Virus record (IMG/VR): IMGVR_UViG_3300035212_001239
Location: 1 to 62,458 of that record
Origin: a virus
Lineage: Duplodnaviria > Caudoviricetes
DNA: 62,458 nucleotides
Direction: 5' to 3' (one strand)
The position numbers and the translations under genes are program-made. The notes beneath the pieces are model-generated. The model searched no databases, was not told the origin of the DNA, and worked only from the letters and a program-made list of their open reading frames with translations. Shown in pieces: positions 9,162-18,341 of the stretch. Numbering within the stretch: position 1 is the stretch's first letter; every line of letters starts with the position of its first letter.

Positions 9162-10398
9162 CCCGCCCGAACTGTGCCACATCGAAGGCGATGTCCACAA
9201 TCCATTTCGCAGGGGCGTAGAAGTGAGGCTCGTCGTGTTGAAGCCCCCTGAACGCTTGGTCGATCGTCATCCGATTCCAGTAGGTGAAGTGGTCGAAGGC
9301 CCGCCGCATACCCGCTCTGTTCCAAAGGACGCCGTGCATCCCGAGGCAACCGCGCACGCGAGCGAGTGAATTTGCCGTTTCGGGAGAGACGTATTCGCGG
9401 GCGTCATCAGTCCACGGCTGGCCGCCCAGCATCAGGGCCATCCAGTCGTCCGGCTTGGAGATCCATGCCCGCAGCAGGTATTCCTCGAAGTCTGGCGCAA
9501 ACCGGGCGTCGTCCTCGAAAACGATCAGGTTTTCGGTGCCGTCGAGGATCGCGCTCTCGATAATGTCGATATGGTCCCGGCTTGCGAGGTAGTAGTGAGG
9601 GAACTCGGTGGCGTGATCGACGTGGGACGGGACCACGCGCTCGGCTGCGGTTTTCCCCACCCACCACTCGGTTTTCCCCTGGAGGAACCCGCCGTGCTGT
9701 TCGACGGACTCGAAGAATGCCGCCCGCCGTTTGGTATACCGCTCCGGGCTCAGAACCACGGCACGGAACGGAAGGTTGAATACCGGGGCGATCTGCTCGC
9801 AGACAAAGCCGTCGTAAGGTTCGTGCGGCGGGAACGGAGTGTCGTCCGGCGAGTTCGGCCGGTGGCAGTGGCGCAGGAAATCCTCAGTGTTGTAGAAGAC
9901 CGGCCACACGATCCGACCGAGAAAATCCTCGTCGTCACCATACTGGTAGTTGTGGTTCCACGCCTCGACGGCCGCCGCGATGTCACCAAAGCTGCCGTTC
10001 TGCATCCCCCACGCGCCCCCGAGAATCGGGATTCTCTCGTGCCACGGGTTGTCGCGGATGACGTGCAGCGCCTTGCCGCTGGCGAGCCACTCGTCGGTTG
10101 CCGCCCGGTCGCGGACGTTCAGGCGCGAGTCAGCGTCGCGGATGATAGTGTGAGTGAACCGAGGGTCGCTGGTGGACAAGAATCGCCAGAACATGCCGCC
10201 CGACCCCGGCAAATGGTCGTGCTCAACCACCTCCGCTCCCTCGCGCTGGAGCGCCGGAATCGCGTAGTGCCCGCGCTGGGCATGGACGACGACGGTCCAC
10301 CCAGGGTAGAACTGCTTGGCGAGCCGAGCGTTCTCCAGCATCCCCCAAGAATACTTCGCGCCGTCGCCGTAGAGTGAGAAACTGATGCAACCTTTCAT
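9154..10398 (-). CDS. Two-domain glycosyltransferase (GT-A-like N-domain + GT25-like C-domain)
   Basis: N-domain ISFSLYG..GMFWRF..IIRDADSR..HVIRD..ILGGAWG (DxD motif); C-domain IVFEDDA..LMLGG..IDQ; ATGA-coupled to the upstream gene. Confidence 0.75.
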   Translation of the reverse strand: MKGCISFSLYGDGAKYSWGMLENARLAKQFYPGWTVVVHAQRGHYAIPALQREGAEVVEHDHLPGSGGMFWRFLSTSDPRFTHTIIRDADSRLNVRDRAATDEWLASGKALHVIRDNPWHERIPILGGAWGMQNGSFGDIAAAVEAWNHNYQYGDDEDFLGRIVWPVFYNTEDFLRHCHRPNSPDDTPFPPHEPYDGFVCEQIAPVFNLPFRAVVLSPERYTKRRAAFFESVEQHGGFLQGKTEWWVGKTAAERVVPSHVDHATEFPHYYLASRDHIDIIESAILDGTENLIVFEDDARFAPDFEEYLLRAWISKPDDWMALMLGGQPWTDDAREYVSPETANSLARVRGCLGMHGVLWNRAGMRRAFDHFTYWNRMTIDQAFRGLQHDEPHFYAPAKWIVDIAFDVAQFGRDE

Positions 10399-11075
10399 TT
10401 TCCCCATCCTTTGTCCGGCCACCACTGTGGTTCGTTGTCCGCCCCGCTGATGTCGCTCTTACCCGCCGCCTGCCCGCAGACCCAAGGATCAATCGCGAGA
10501 ATCCGGTGCTGCCGCCACTCGTGCAGCCGCCCGAGCTGGTGGTCGATGTGCAGCGGCTCTTTCGACTCGATGTAGTCCGGGGCGTGCATGATGTGCTGCT
10601 GGAACTGCACCATGAACCGGTCGCTCACCGCAAAGGCGTGGGTTCGGTTCACGTTCCGGCAGCGCACGACGCCTCTACAGAAAGGCCACGGCGGGCCGGA
10701 CTCCCGGAACAAAAATTGACCGCCGAGGTAGAGCATGTCCCACTCCACGCCGTCGAGCCGCCGCATGGTCGAGGGCAGTCGATCGGCGAAGTCCTCCGAG
10801 AACACGGCATCGTCCTCGAAGACGACGTAGCTCGGGAGATCGTCGAGCAGCGCGTCCTGAGCGATCCGAAGATGCGACATCAGGCAGCCCCAAGCCCCAT
10901 TGCCAGCCCGCCACCACGCCGGGTGCGGACACTTGTCGCCCTCGATGGCGCGGACGCGCTCGAACCCGGTGATGCCCGCGGCGGCAGCGCGTTCCTGAAA
11001 CGCGACCCAGCGATCCGGTCGGTTGTCGAGATTGATGACGTAGGCGCGTCCGAAGTGGTGTCGAAGGTCGATCAT
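10395..11075 (-). CDS. Glycosyltransferase family 25
   Basis: YVINLDNRPDRW, GAWGCLMSH, VVFEDDA, WDMLYLGG, THAFAV motifs typical of Glyco_transf_25. Confidence 0.88.
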   Translation of the reverse strand: MIDLRHHFGRAYVINLDNRPDRWVAFQERAAAAGITGFERVRAIEGDKCPHPAWWRAGNGAWGCLMSHLRIAQDALLDDLPSYVVFEDDAVFSEDFADRLPSTMRRLDGVEWDMLYLGGQFLFRESGPPWPFCRGVVRCRNVNRTHAFAVSDRFMVQFQQHIMHAPDYIESKEPLHIDHQLGRLHEWRQHRILAIDPWVCGQAAGKSDISGADNEPQWWPDKGWGK

Positions 11076-11116
11076 CAGCGGCAGAAATCTGGTCGATTAA
11101 CCAATAATCGTCCAGT

Positions 11117-11134
11117 TAATTGACCGATCAATTA
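11117..11134. promoter_or_regulatory. AT-rich imperfect palindrome upstream of the glycosyltransferase genes
   Basis: TAATTGACCGATCAATTA; its first 12 bp recur exactly at 28695-28706. Confidence 0.45.
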
Positions 11135-12334
11135 TGCCAGAGGGAATGTCCCGCTCTTGCTCCCGCACGAAGTGACCACGGTGAATGTCGTGCCACGAAG
11201 GTCGGTCCCGGTAGCTTCGAGTTCAATCGCGATGCTGTTGCCCGACAGCAGGAAGATCGGGTATGGCGTGTCGGGAGCCAGAGTCGCGATGCCGGTGATG
11301 TTCGTGATCTCCAGCGAGGTAGCACCCGTGTTCGAGACCGTGACGATCATCACGTCGTCGGTGCCGCCGTAGATCACGTCGAGGATCTCGAACGCGCACG
11401 CAGAGCTGCTGCTCGACGAGGACGATGAGCTGCTGCCGCCGGTGCTGGTTGACGAGCCGCTGCTCGACGAGGACGCGGACGAAGAACTGCTGGAGCTGCT
11501 GCTGGAGCTGCTGCTGGAGCTGGAGCTGCTCGAAGACGAAGAGCTGCTGGATCTGCTGGAGCTGCTGGAGCTGGAGCTGGAGCTGGAGCTGCTGGAGCTG
11601 CTCGACGAGGACGAAGAGCGGCTGCTCGAAGACGAAGAGCTGCTTCCGCCCCCACCTCCGCCTCCCGACGAGGTGCTGCCTGATGCAGACCCGCCGCCGT
11701 CAGTCCCCATCGGGGGCCGGGCAGTGTCGGGGAAGCTGCCGCTGCAACTCGGGGCGCTGTTGCCGCCGGGATCGTAGCAGGTGAAGGTGTCGCAACAGGC
11801 GTTCTGCGCCTCGGGCGGAGTGAAGACGTATTCGACCTTCGGCGGCTCCGGGTCATCCCAATACTGGTCGTCTGCCAGTCCCGGACTTGCGACCATGCAG
11901 GCGTCGCCGGTCCACCAGTAGGTGCCTGCGGCCGTATTCTGCGCGATGAGGTAGTTCTCCGCCTGGTAGAGATTCACTTCGCCCCGGCAACGCAGTTCCG
12001 CGCCTTCGCAGGTGATCTCCTGCGGGGTGCAGCCGAACTCGGCCCCCGTGGTATCGATGGCAAAGATGCGTCCGGCGGCGGCGACCGCCAGCGCGGAAAG
12101 CGAAGGGCCGAACGACTCCGCCGAAATCCCGTAGGACGGCGCGTATGCACACGCACCTTGGAACTGACCGGAGACCCCGAGATCGTGATAGAAAAGCCCC
12201 GGACGGGTCTTCACCACGCCCTCGTCGAACACCATGTTGACTGCCGAATGCAGTCTCTGGTTGGTCAGCCCCAGCGGGTTGGACCTCATGTCCACCCCGC
12301 GGGTTCCGACGGTCAGGATGTTGACGGTGGGCAT
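11132..12334 (-). CDS. Tail nozzle-like N-terminal half fused to a Cys-rich linker, poly-Ser tract and small Ig-like domain
   Basis: Start MPTVNIL at 12334; GVDMRSNP..SAVNMVFDEGVVKTRPG..FQGA..QAENYLIAQ; ~70 Ser; C-terminal VTVSNTGATSLEITNI; 11 Cys. Confidence 0.65.
   Translation of the reverse strand: MPTVNILTVGTRGVDMRSNPLGLTNQRLHSAVNMVFDEGVVKTRPGLFYHDLGVSGQFQGACAYAPSYGISAESFGPSLSALAVAAAGRIFAIDTTGAEFGCTPQEITCEGAELRCRGEVNLYQAENYLIAQNTAAGTYWWTGDACMVASPGLADDQYWDDPEPPKVEYVFTPPEAQNACCDTFTCYDPGGNSAPSCSGSFPDTARPPMGTDGGGSASGSTSSGGGGGGGSSSSSSSSRSSSSSSSSSSSSSSSSSSSSSRSSSSSSSSSSSSSSSSSSSSSSSSSASSSSSGSSTSTGGSSSSSSSSSSSACAFEILDVIYGGTDDVMIVTVSNTGATSLEITNITGIATLAPDTPYPIFLLSGNSIAIELEATGTDLRGTTFTVVTSCGSKSGTFPLA
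11403..11645 (-). repeat. Poly-serine-encoding tract
   Basis: Mixed AGC/TCC/TCG/TCT codons encoding ~70 Ser, preceded by a Gly run. Confidence 0.95.
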
Positions 12335-12339
12335 GAGGA

Positions 12340-13203
12340 TCAGGCGTCTTCGACCCAGTGCGGCCCGTCGGCGGCGGTCCACTTCAGCGTCCAAGTGTCG
12401 TTGCCGGTCGGGAACGGTAGGAAGCTGGCGACCGAGGAGACCGCGGCAACCGGGTCGCACCCTGGGCAATCGCAGCTCGAAGGCACGGTCGGCACCTGTT
12501 CGACAACGATCATCCCGGAACCGGTCAGCGTCTTGAAGTTGCGGATCTCGGCACCGGTGCCGGAAACGGCGATCGACTCGATGCCGATCAGCTCCAGAGA
12601 AGCCGCTCGTTCAAGGTGGCCACGTTTGGCGAAAGAGCGATCCGCTTCAGCGCGAACCTCCCATTGCTCCAGCTCGGCGTTCCACACTTGGCTGGAGTCT
12701 TCCGAACCGCCCTTGATGCCGTGCAGGTTGCCCTGATCATCGGCGATGACGGCGTGATGGAACGGCAGTGGTTCACCGAGAACCGGACGAGCGTTGATTC
12801 CGGCGGGCTTCCACCACTGGTGCCAGAGTGTCGCGATCTTGATCGGGACCGAGGCCACGATGAACGCCTTGCCGTCCACGATCTTGATGAACCCGGAGCC
12901 CGCCAGCTTGGCGAGCTTCGCGCCGATGCGGCCGAGGAGCGTGACACCCTCGCCGTTCCGATCGTTGATCGGGTCGGTGAAGCCGTTGGGCAGCGTGTAA
13001 CCACAGCTCGCGGTGGACCGCAGCGCGTTGCTGTCGGCGCAGCGGGACACCGGGCTGCCGGTGACGTTCGCCGGGGTCGTGCCGAGGCACTCGTCCGTCG
13101 CGCAAAGCGTGGTGTCCGCGCAGGCTTGCGACAGCGCGGAGAGGGTCGGCAGCTCCGGGTTTACCGGAGCCACCGCTGCGGGCGTGGTGCAGTTGCAGCT
13201 CAT
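12340..13203 (-). CDS. Cys-rich virion (tail-associated) protein
   Basis: 287 aa, 10 Cys (MSCNC..., SCDCPGC); lies in the structural operon. Confidence 0.65.
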   Translation of the reverse strand: MSCNCTTPAAVAPVNPELPTLSALSQACADTTLCATDECLGTTPANVTGSPVSRCADSNALRSTASCGYTLPNGFTDPINDRNGEGVTLLGRIGAKLAKLAGSGFIKIVDGKAFIVASVPIKIATLWHQWWKPAGINARPVLGEPLPFHHAVIADDQGNLHGIKGGSEDSSQVWNAELEQWEVRAEADRSFAKRGHLERAASLELIGIESIAVSGTGAEIRNFKTLTGSGMIVVEQVPTVPSSCDCPGCDPVAAVSSVASFLPFPTGNDTWTLKWTAADGPHWVEDA

Positions 13204-13212
13204 GAGGTGGGA

Positions 13213-14919
13213 TTATTGAAGGCGAATCCAAGTGCCGGTGCCTGCGGTGCTGACGCACTGCCAAGCGTATGTGGTGTCAGCGGCCACGAGGGTCAGCGCG
13301 GCTCCGTTGATCGCGCCACCACCGGAGACGGTGACCGTGAAAGATGTGGAGCCGATAGCTTCGGTGGAATGGAGCCGGACGATCTGACCGGCGCGGCTGT
13401 TGGCCGCAGTCGGGAGGACGAACGAGCCATTGGCCAAAGCGCCTGCGGGAGTCAGGTAGTGGGTCTGGTCGGTGTAGCGATCCGCCGGGATGGTGAACCC
13501 TGTGGTGGGTGTGAATGGGACGATCGCCGTTTCGAGTCCGATGGTCCCGGAGGCGTTAGGGAACTCCAGGTCGCGGCTCGCGGTGATGTTGGCCACCAGG
13601 AAGTTCCCGGAGTACACCTGCCCCGACTTGGAGATCGACAAGCCCAAAGAGACCGACAGCCCCCCGAGCGCGTTGTAGAGCGGGACCTTGTTCTCGTCCG
13701 CAGTATCGAAACCTCCCGCGGAAGCATCCAGAATTGCCGCCGACAGCGTCGCCGCAGGGCGGAACTTCCACGTCAGGTTGTTGGTGCTGCCGTCCGGGTT
13801 GGTCGCTCCGTAATTGTCCGGGCGGATCGTGGTTGGGGAACTCTCGACATCAGTGCCTGCGATCAGCTCCATGCCGTAGGCAATGCCAGAGACATCCACG
13901 ATCTCGAAACGTCCGATGTCGTGGGTCGTGGTGACCGCGAGGCCGTCGAGCTTGGTCGTCCCGCCGCCGGTGAGTCCCGTGATAGCCGGGTCGTGACGGG
14001 CCGAGTTCAGGACGGTCGTGATCTCGCGCCAAGTGTTCGGCGAGGTATCGATCGCTTCCCAAACGCGGGGACCGAACTGGGCGTGTTGGCCGATCCGTTG
14101 AGCGACCGTGCCGATCGAAGTTGCAAGACCGGTTTGCGTGGCGGTGCTGGAACCGTCAGGGGTGACCCCGGTTGCGGTGCCGTTGGCGATCGCCAGGTTC
14201 AGTGTGCCGTCGTTGGCCGCTTCGACGAGCCGGGTCAGCGCGAAGTCCGCGCCGATGTTGTCCGCCTCAAACCGGGCCGCGACGGCTGCGTTGCCCGAGA
14301 GCGCGGCAACCGCCTTGGCAGCAACTGCCGAAGGGATGTCCCCGGCGTCCACATTGAAGGAGATGGCCAGAGGTGAGCCAGTCAGGCCCGCATTGGTGAC
14401 CGTGAGGGTCATCGAGCCGCCGGTGGCAACCGTGCCAATGACCGTCTGGGTCGTGATTTGCTTGCGCCCAGCGGTGCCATTGGATGGCGCTGCGGCGAGT
14501 TCGATCACATCCCAGGTGTTCAAGTCGTCCTGAACCTCGTCGATGTTGGTTTGCAGCGCGGTGTCGGCTGCGGTGCGGGCCGCGATCTCGTCGTCGAGCG
14601 CGTCGCGAAGCACCTCGCAGCAGGCGATGGCCGAAACATCGGTCACGTCGCACACGTTGAGCACGGTAGCCGCACCATCGAGGTCGTCGGCTTCATACTC
14701 GAAGGTGTAGGAGGTGCCTTCCACCACGCATCCGCCGGACACGAGGTTGACCCGAGTGATCGGGTTCTGCGCAATCCCATCCACGAACTCGGGGAACGCG
14801 GGGTTTGCGACTTGATTGAGGAAAAGCCGGACCTCGTCACCGGCCGCGATTTCCGCGCCTCCCGGTGAAACGAAAAGGGCTCCGGCGACTTGGAAATTGC
14901 GAAGTGTTTTCTTGGCCAC
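13213..14919 (-). CDS. Fibre/decoration-type virion protein
   Basis: 568 aa, Thr/Gly/Ala-rich beta segments, short coiled coil (DEIAARTAADTALQ); directly downstream of the capsid gene. Confidence 0.6.
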   Translation of the reverse strand: MAKKTLRNFQVAGALFVSPGGAEIAAGDEVRLFLNQVANPAFPEFVDGIAQNPITRVNLVSGGCVVEGTSYTFEYEADDLDGAATVLNVCDVTDVSAIACCEVLRDALDDEIAARTAADTALQTNIDEVQDDLNTWDVIELAAAPSNGTAGRKQITTQTVIGTVATGGSMTLTVTNAGLTGSPLAISFNVDAGDIPSAVAAKAVAALSGNAAVAARFEADNIGADFALTRLVEAANDGTLNLAIANGTATGVTPDGSSTATQTGLATSIGTVAQRIGQHAQFGPRVWEAIDTSPNTWREITTVLNSARHDPAITGLTGGGTTKLDGLAVTTTHDIGRFEIVDVSGIAYGMELIAGTDVESSPTTIRPDNYGATNPDGSTNNLTWKFRPAATLSAAILDASAGGFDTADENKVPLYNALGGLSVSLGLSISKSGQVYSGNFLVANITASRDLEFPNASGTIGLETAIVPFTPTTGFTIPADRYTDQTHYLTPAGALANGSFVLPTAANSRAGQIVRLHSTEAIGSTSFTVTVSGGGAINGAALTLVAADTTYAWQCVSTAGTGTWIRLQ

Positions 14920-14936
14920 GGCTTTGAAAGGGGAAG

Positions 14937-14963
14937 GGGGCGGGGTCGCTTGGACCCCGCCCC
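14937..14963 (-). terminator. Hairpin after the capsid gene (probably leaky terminator)
   Basis: 11-bp stem GGGGCGGGGTC/GACCCCGCCCC followed by a pyrimidine run on the minus strand. Confidence 0.55.
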
Positions 14964-14986
14964 GGTTGATGGTTCAGACCATCCGA

Positions 14987-16816
14987 TTAGGACAGGTCGC
15001 GGATGTCTACGGTCGCCACGGTGCAGGTGCCGAGCGTGTCGCCGACCGCAGCACTGATGGTGACGGTGAACCGATCCGCAGTCCCGGAGACGGCTTCGGT
15101 GAAGCCAGCGAGGATCGGAACGGTGATGTTCTTCGGAGCGTCGTCGCCAGCGTCCCACGCCAGGACACCGGTGGTGTCGAGGAAGTCGGAGTCGTTGGTG
15201 GTGACGTGAGCCGAGGTCCAGGTGACCTGAGCCGCCGCGCTGGTGTCGCCGGTGCGGGTGACCCGCAGGACGATGTTGTAGGCGTCGCCGAGGAACACCG
15301 AGTCGATGCTGCCGCAGGGCTCCAAGTTGAGGACTGCGGAGGTCGAGCTAGGCTCGACGCACTCGCCCTCATCGCCGGGAACCTTGCCGCACTGGGCGCA
15401 CTCGGCGGTCTGGCAACCGGTGTCGTCGTGGCAAGCGTCGAAACGCTCTGGGTTGGCCGGAGTGTTCGGACCCGCAGCGTAGTTGCGAGGAGCGACTTCA
15501 ATGGCGTAGCCAGCGCGGCGACCGTGACGGTAGGCGATGAAGCCGGAGAACTCCGGGTAGATCGACTTGAACCGGAACTCGTGGCGAGCGACGAGCTTGA
15601 ACTTGTCGTTGAAGTCGTTGCAACCGAGGTGAGCGCCGTCAATGACCTTGACCTGATAGTTCACGCCTTCGTTGGCACCGCCCATCGGCTTAAGCGGCTT
15701 CATCAAGCCATATCGCTTGAAGGAGCGCGGGTCGATGTGCGGCATGAGGGTGCACATGTCGTAGCTCACGCCATCGACGGTGATCTCGTCCTGACGATAC
15801 TGGTGGTTCACACCGGTCACGATGCCACCTTCTTCGTCCTGCTTGTTGATCCATGGGTAGACCCGGACGAAGTTGTAGACTGGGTTGCCGGACGCAATGG
15901 CGGTCTGCACGAAGTAGCCTCGGATCGGCTCATCGGTGAAGTAGCAGCGGATGCCACCGTAATCGGCGAACTGGCGTCCGCGCATGACACTCTCTTCGTC
16001 CTTGAAGACCTCGGTGTTGTAGGTGGTGCCGGTGGGGTTGCGGGCGATCTGGTCGGCTTTGACCGCGTCCAACCAGTCATCCGTCGGCATTTCGACTTCG
16101 AGCTTCCAAGCCTCGCCGACTTCCATGCCGCGGCCCTTCATTTCGGCCTTGATGTGGTCCTTGTAGTCCTGGAGGAAGTGGATCGAGATGCGTTTGGTAG
16201 GAGGAGCCTGCCAGCCACCGGTGGTGACGTTGAACTGGTTGGCACCGAGCACCGAGGCGTTCGACTCCGACTTCTGGATGACGAGGTTCAGCAGGTTGTC
16301 GCTGAAGTTGTCCAAGCCCCACATGGAGAACTGGTTCTTAAACCCAGTGAAGAAACCAGCGATGTGCTCCTTACCGAGGCCGTCGAGTTCGCGGGCGCAC
16401 TTGATCGGGGTGGTGAGATCGAGGCCGTAGTCAACCGTGCCGCGGCGGCGGAAGCCCTGGGCGAAGTCGATCTCGCACTGCCCGTGGCAGGCGTTGTCGG
16501 CGATGTCGTTGATCTGGGCGCTGAAGAGACCGGACGCGCCGTTCTCCTTGCGACCACGCATCTCACCGGCGACCAAGGACCCACGAGGGCTCCCCTGCGC
16601 CGTGTAAGTAAGTTCGTTGTATGCACGGGAAGCCTGGCGGGCCTCACCGTAGATGATGGTGTCGTTGTTGTCGTGGCGATCGACGACCCCACCGTCGGGG
16701 ATCATGCGGAGGGCCATGCGATCGGATTTCACGATCTTTTCACGGACGATGTCCGTCACGATGTCGGCCTCTTCGTGGAGGGCGGCTTTGATTTTGTCAG
16801 GATTGCAGGTGCTCAT
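14987..16816 (-). CDS. Major capsid protein with C-terminal Calx-beta domain
   Basis: Follows portal and scaffold, has a long leader and downstream terminator; C-terminus VTRTGDTSAAAQVTW..DF..TTGVLAWDAGD..KNITVPIL..FTVTIS matches the Calx-beta pattern; 14 Cys. Confidence 0.72.
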   Translation of the reverse strand: MSTCNPDKIKAALHEEADIVTDIVREKIVKSDRMALRMIPDGGVVDRHDNNDTIIYGEARQASRAYNELTYTAQGSPRGSLVAGEMRGRKENGASGLFSAQINDIADNACHGQCEIDFAQGFRRRGTVDYGLDLTTPIKCARELDGLGKEHIAGFFTGFKNQFSMWGLDNFSDNLLNLVIQKSESNASVLGANQFNVTTGGWQAPPTKRISIHFLQDYKDHIKAEMKGRGMEVGEAWKLEVEMPTDDWLDAVKADQIARNPTGTTYNTEVFKDEESVMRGRQFADYGGIRCYFTDEPIRGYFVQTAIASGNPVYNFVRVYPWINKQDEEGGIVTGVNHQYRQDEITVDGVSYDMCTLMPHIDPRSFKRYGLMKPLKPMGGANEGVNYQVKVIDGAHLGCNDFNDKFKLVARHEFRFKSIYPEFSGFIAYRHGRRAGYAIEVAPRNYAAGPNTPANPERFDACHDDTGCQTAECAQCGKVPGDEGECVEPSSTSAVLNLEPCGSIDSVFLGDAYNIVLRVTRTGDTSAAAQVTWTSAHVTTNDSDFLDTTGVLAWDAGDDAPKNITVPILAGFTEAVSGTADRFTVTISAAVGDTLGTCTVATVDIRDLS

Positions 16817-17026
16817 AGAGGTGTGTTGCTGATGCTGGAACGAAGGACACGAATGTCCGGCTTCCCCAAACGATCAGCGAGCCACCAAAGATCCACTCTG
16901 CTTGGTCCTGCAATGGCGGGGCACCACGTCCGCCGGTAGGTTGCTGCAAGAATTGAGAGCTGCGGGTTGGGAAACCCGCTAGGCTGCGAAGATGCAGCCA
17001 CAAAGCGGGTTTCCCGTCAAGCCCGT

Positions 17027-18340
17027 TTACGTATCGTCGTATCTGTCGCCGAACAGCTCGGTGAGAACCGAGTTCCTGCGAGCGCCCGCCACGACAGGCT
17101 TTTTGTCGGGAGCCGGAGCCGGTTTGGGAGACCGAACCCGGCGCATGGCGTCGAACTCGTCTTCGTCGGCCTTGTTCTCCTGTTCGTATTTCGCCAGTTT
17201 CTTGACGACATCGGCAAAGACAGCCCGAGTTGCCAGTCCTTGAACCAGCAGGGGGAGTAGCTTTCTGCGCTTCTCTGCCACGAGCTTCTGGCGATCGGCG
17301 TAGAATGTCTTCAGATCGGTACCATTGGCTTTGAGCTTGTCGGCTTCTTCCGGCGTCAGCGCCCTGGGGCCGAGGATGACTTCCAGCACGTCGGCCTTGG
17401 CTTTTTCCACCCGGCGGCGGGCTTCCGGCGTTTCCTTGACCATGCGGGCCACGACCGACGAAACGCTGTGCGGGTCAGCGGCGATCACGTCATCCGGGAG
17501 ATCCCCGATGGCATCGAGAACCGGCTGGAACTCGGCCACGGCGGTTTGATATTCGCGGGTGCCGACGGCGAGCTGTCCGGTTTTCGATCGGGACTTGAGC
17601 CCTTCAGCCAGTTCGATCGCCTTGCGGGTTTCCGGGACGGCCCGCTCGATGACCGCCAGAGCCTTGTCGGCGATGATGTCGGCTTTGGCTTGCTCGGTGT
17701 AATCGAGATCCTCGTAATCGTCCTCGAAACCGCCGACTTCCTTGATGATCTGCTTGCGGAGTCCTGCGATGGCGGCGTCAAACTCCTCCCCTTCGAGCGG
17801 GTCGGCGTCCATGAAGCTGTTGATGTAGACCCCGAAATTGTCGCGGAAAACCTTCGGATCGCGGACGCCGAGCATCGCGGCTCCGCGCTTCACGTCGTTG
17901 AGGACCTTGTCGCGCAGCGTCTTGACCTCCGGGAAGTCCCTGGGATCGACCTGCACCGACTCGATCTCCTCGCGGCGGGCCTTCTCGGTCTCCAGATCAG
18001 CCTTGAGCCGGTCAAGCTCCAGCTCGTATTCGGTGACCTTGGCTTCGGCGAGCTTGGCGCGGCGGCCATTCTCCTTGGCCATCTTGCGAGCGACGGTCTC
18101 GTTCTCCGGTTCCGGCTCGGCATCGGCTTCCGCGGGCTTCTTGACCACCGGGGCCTCGTAGTCCTCCTCGGAGTCGTCATCTTGGACCGGGGGGTCCTGC
18201 ACCGGCGGCGGGGCGTCGTCACCCGGCTCGTCCTGCACCGGCGGCGGGGCGTCGTCACCCGGCTCGTCGCCGAACAAGGCGCTTATGTTCTTCTCGTGAC
18301 GGGCTTCGTGCCCAGGTTCGATATTTTCGATGGGTGGCAT
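17027..18340 (-). CDS. Putative capsid scaffolding protein
   Basis: Acidic N-terminus with duplicated DEPGDDAPPPVQ, coiled coils; located between portal and capsid genes. Confidence 0.65.
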   Translation of the reverse strand: MPPIENIEPGHEARHEKNISALFGDEPGDDAPPPVQDEPGDDAPPPVQDPPVQDDDSEEDYEAPVVKKPAEADAEPEPENETVARKMAKENGRRAKLAEAKVTEYELELDRLKADLETEKARREEIESVQVDPRDFPEVKTLRDKVLNDVKRGAAMLGVRDPKVFRDNFGVYINSFMDADPLEGEEFDAAIAGLRKQIIKEVGGFEDDYEDLDYTEQAKADIIADKALAVIERAVPETRKAIELAEGLKSRSKTGQLAVGTREYQTAVAEFQPVLDAIGDLPDDVIAADPHSVSSVVARMVKETPEARRRVEKAKADVLEVILGPRALTPEEADKLKANGTDLKTFYADRQKLVAEKRRKLLPLLVQGLATRAVFADVVKKLAKYEQENKADEDEFDAMRRVRSPKPAPAPDKKPVVAGARRNSVLTELFGDRYDDT

Positions 18341-18341
18341 T

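Noticed and set aside
11442-11777. Plus-strand Leu/Glu-repeat ORF
   Set aside because: Antisense reading of the poly-Ser tract.
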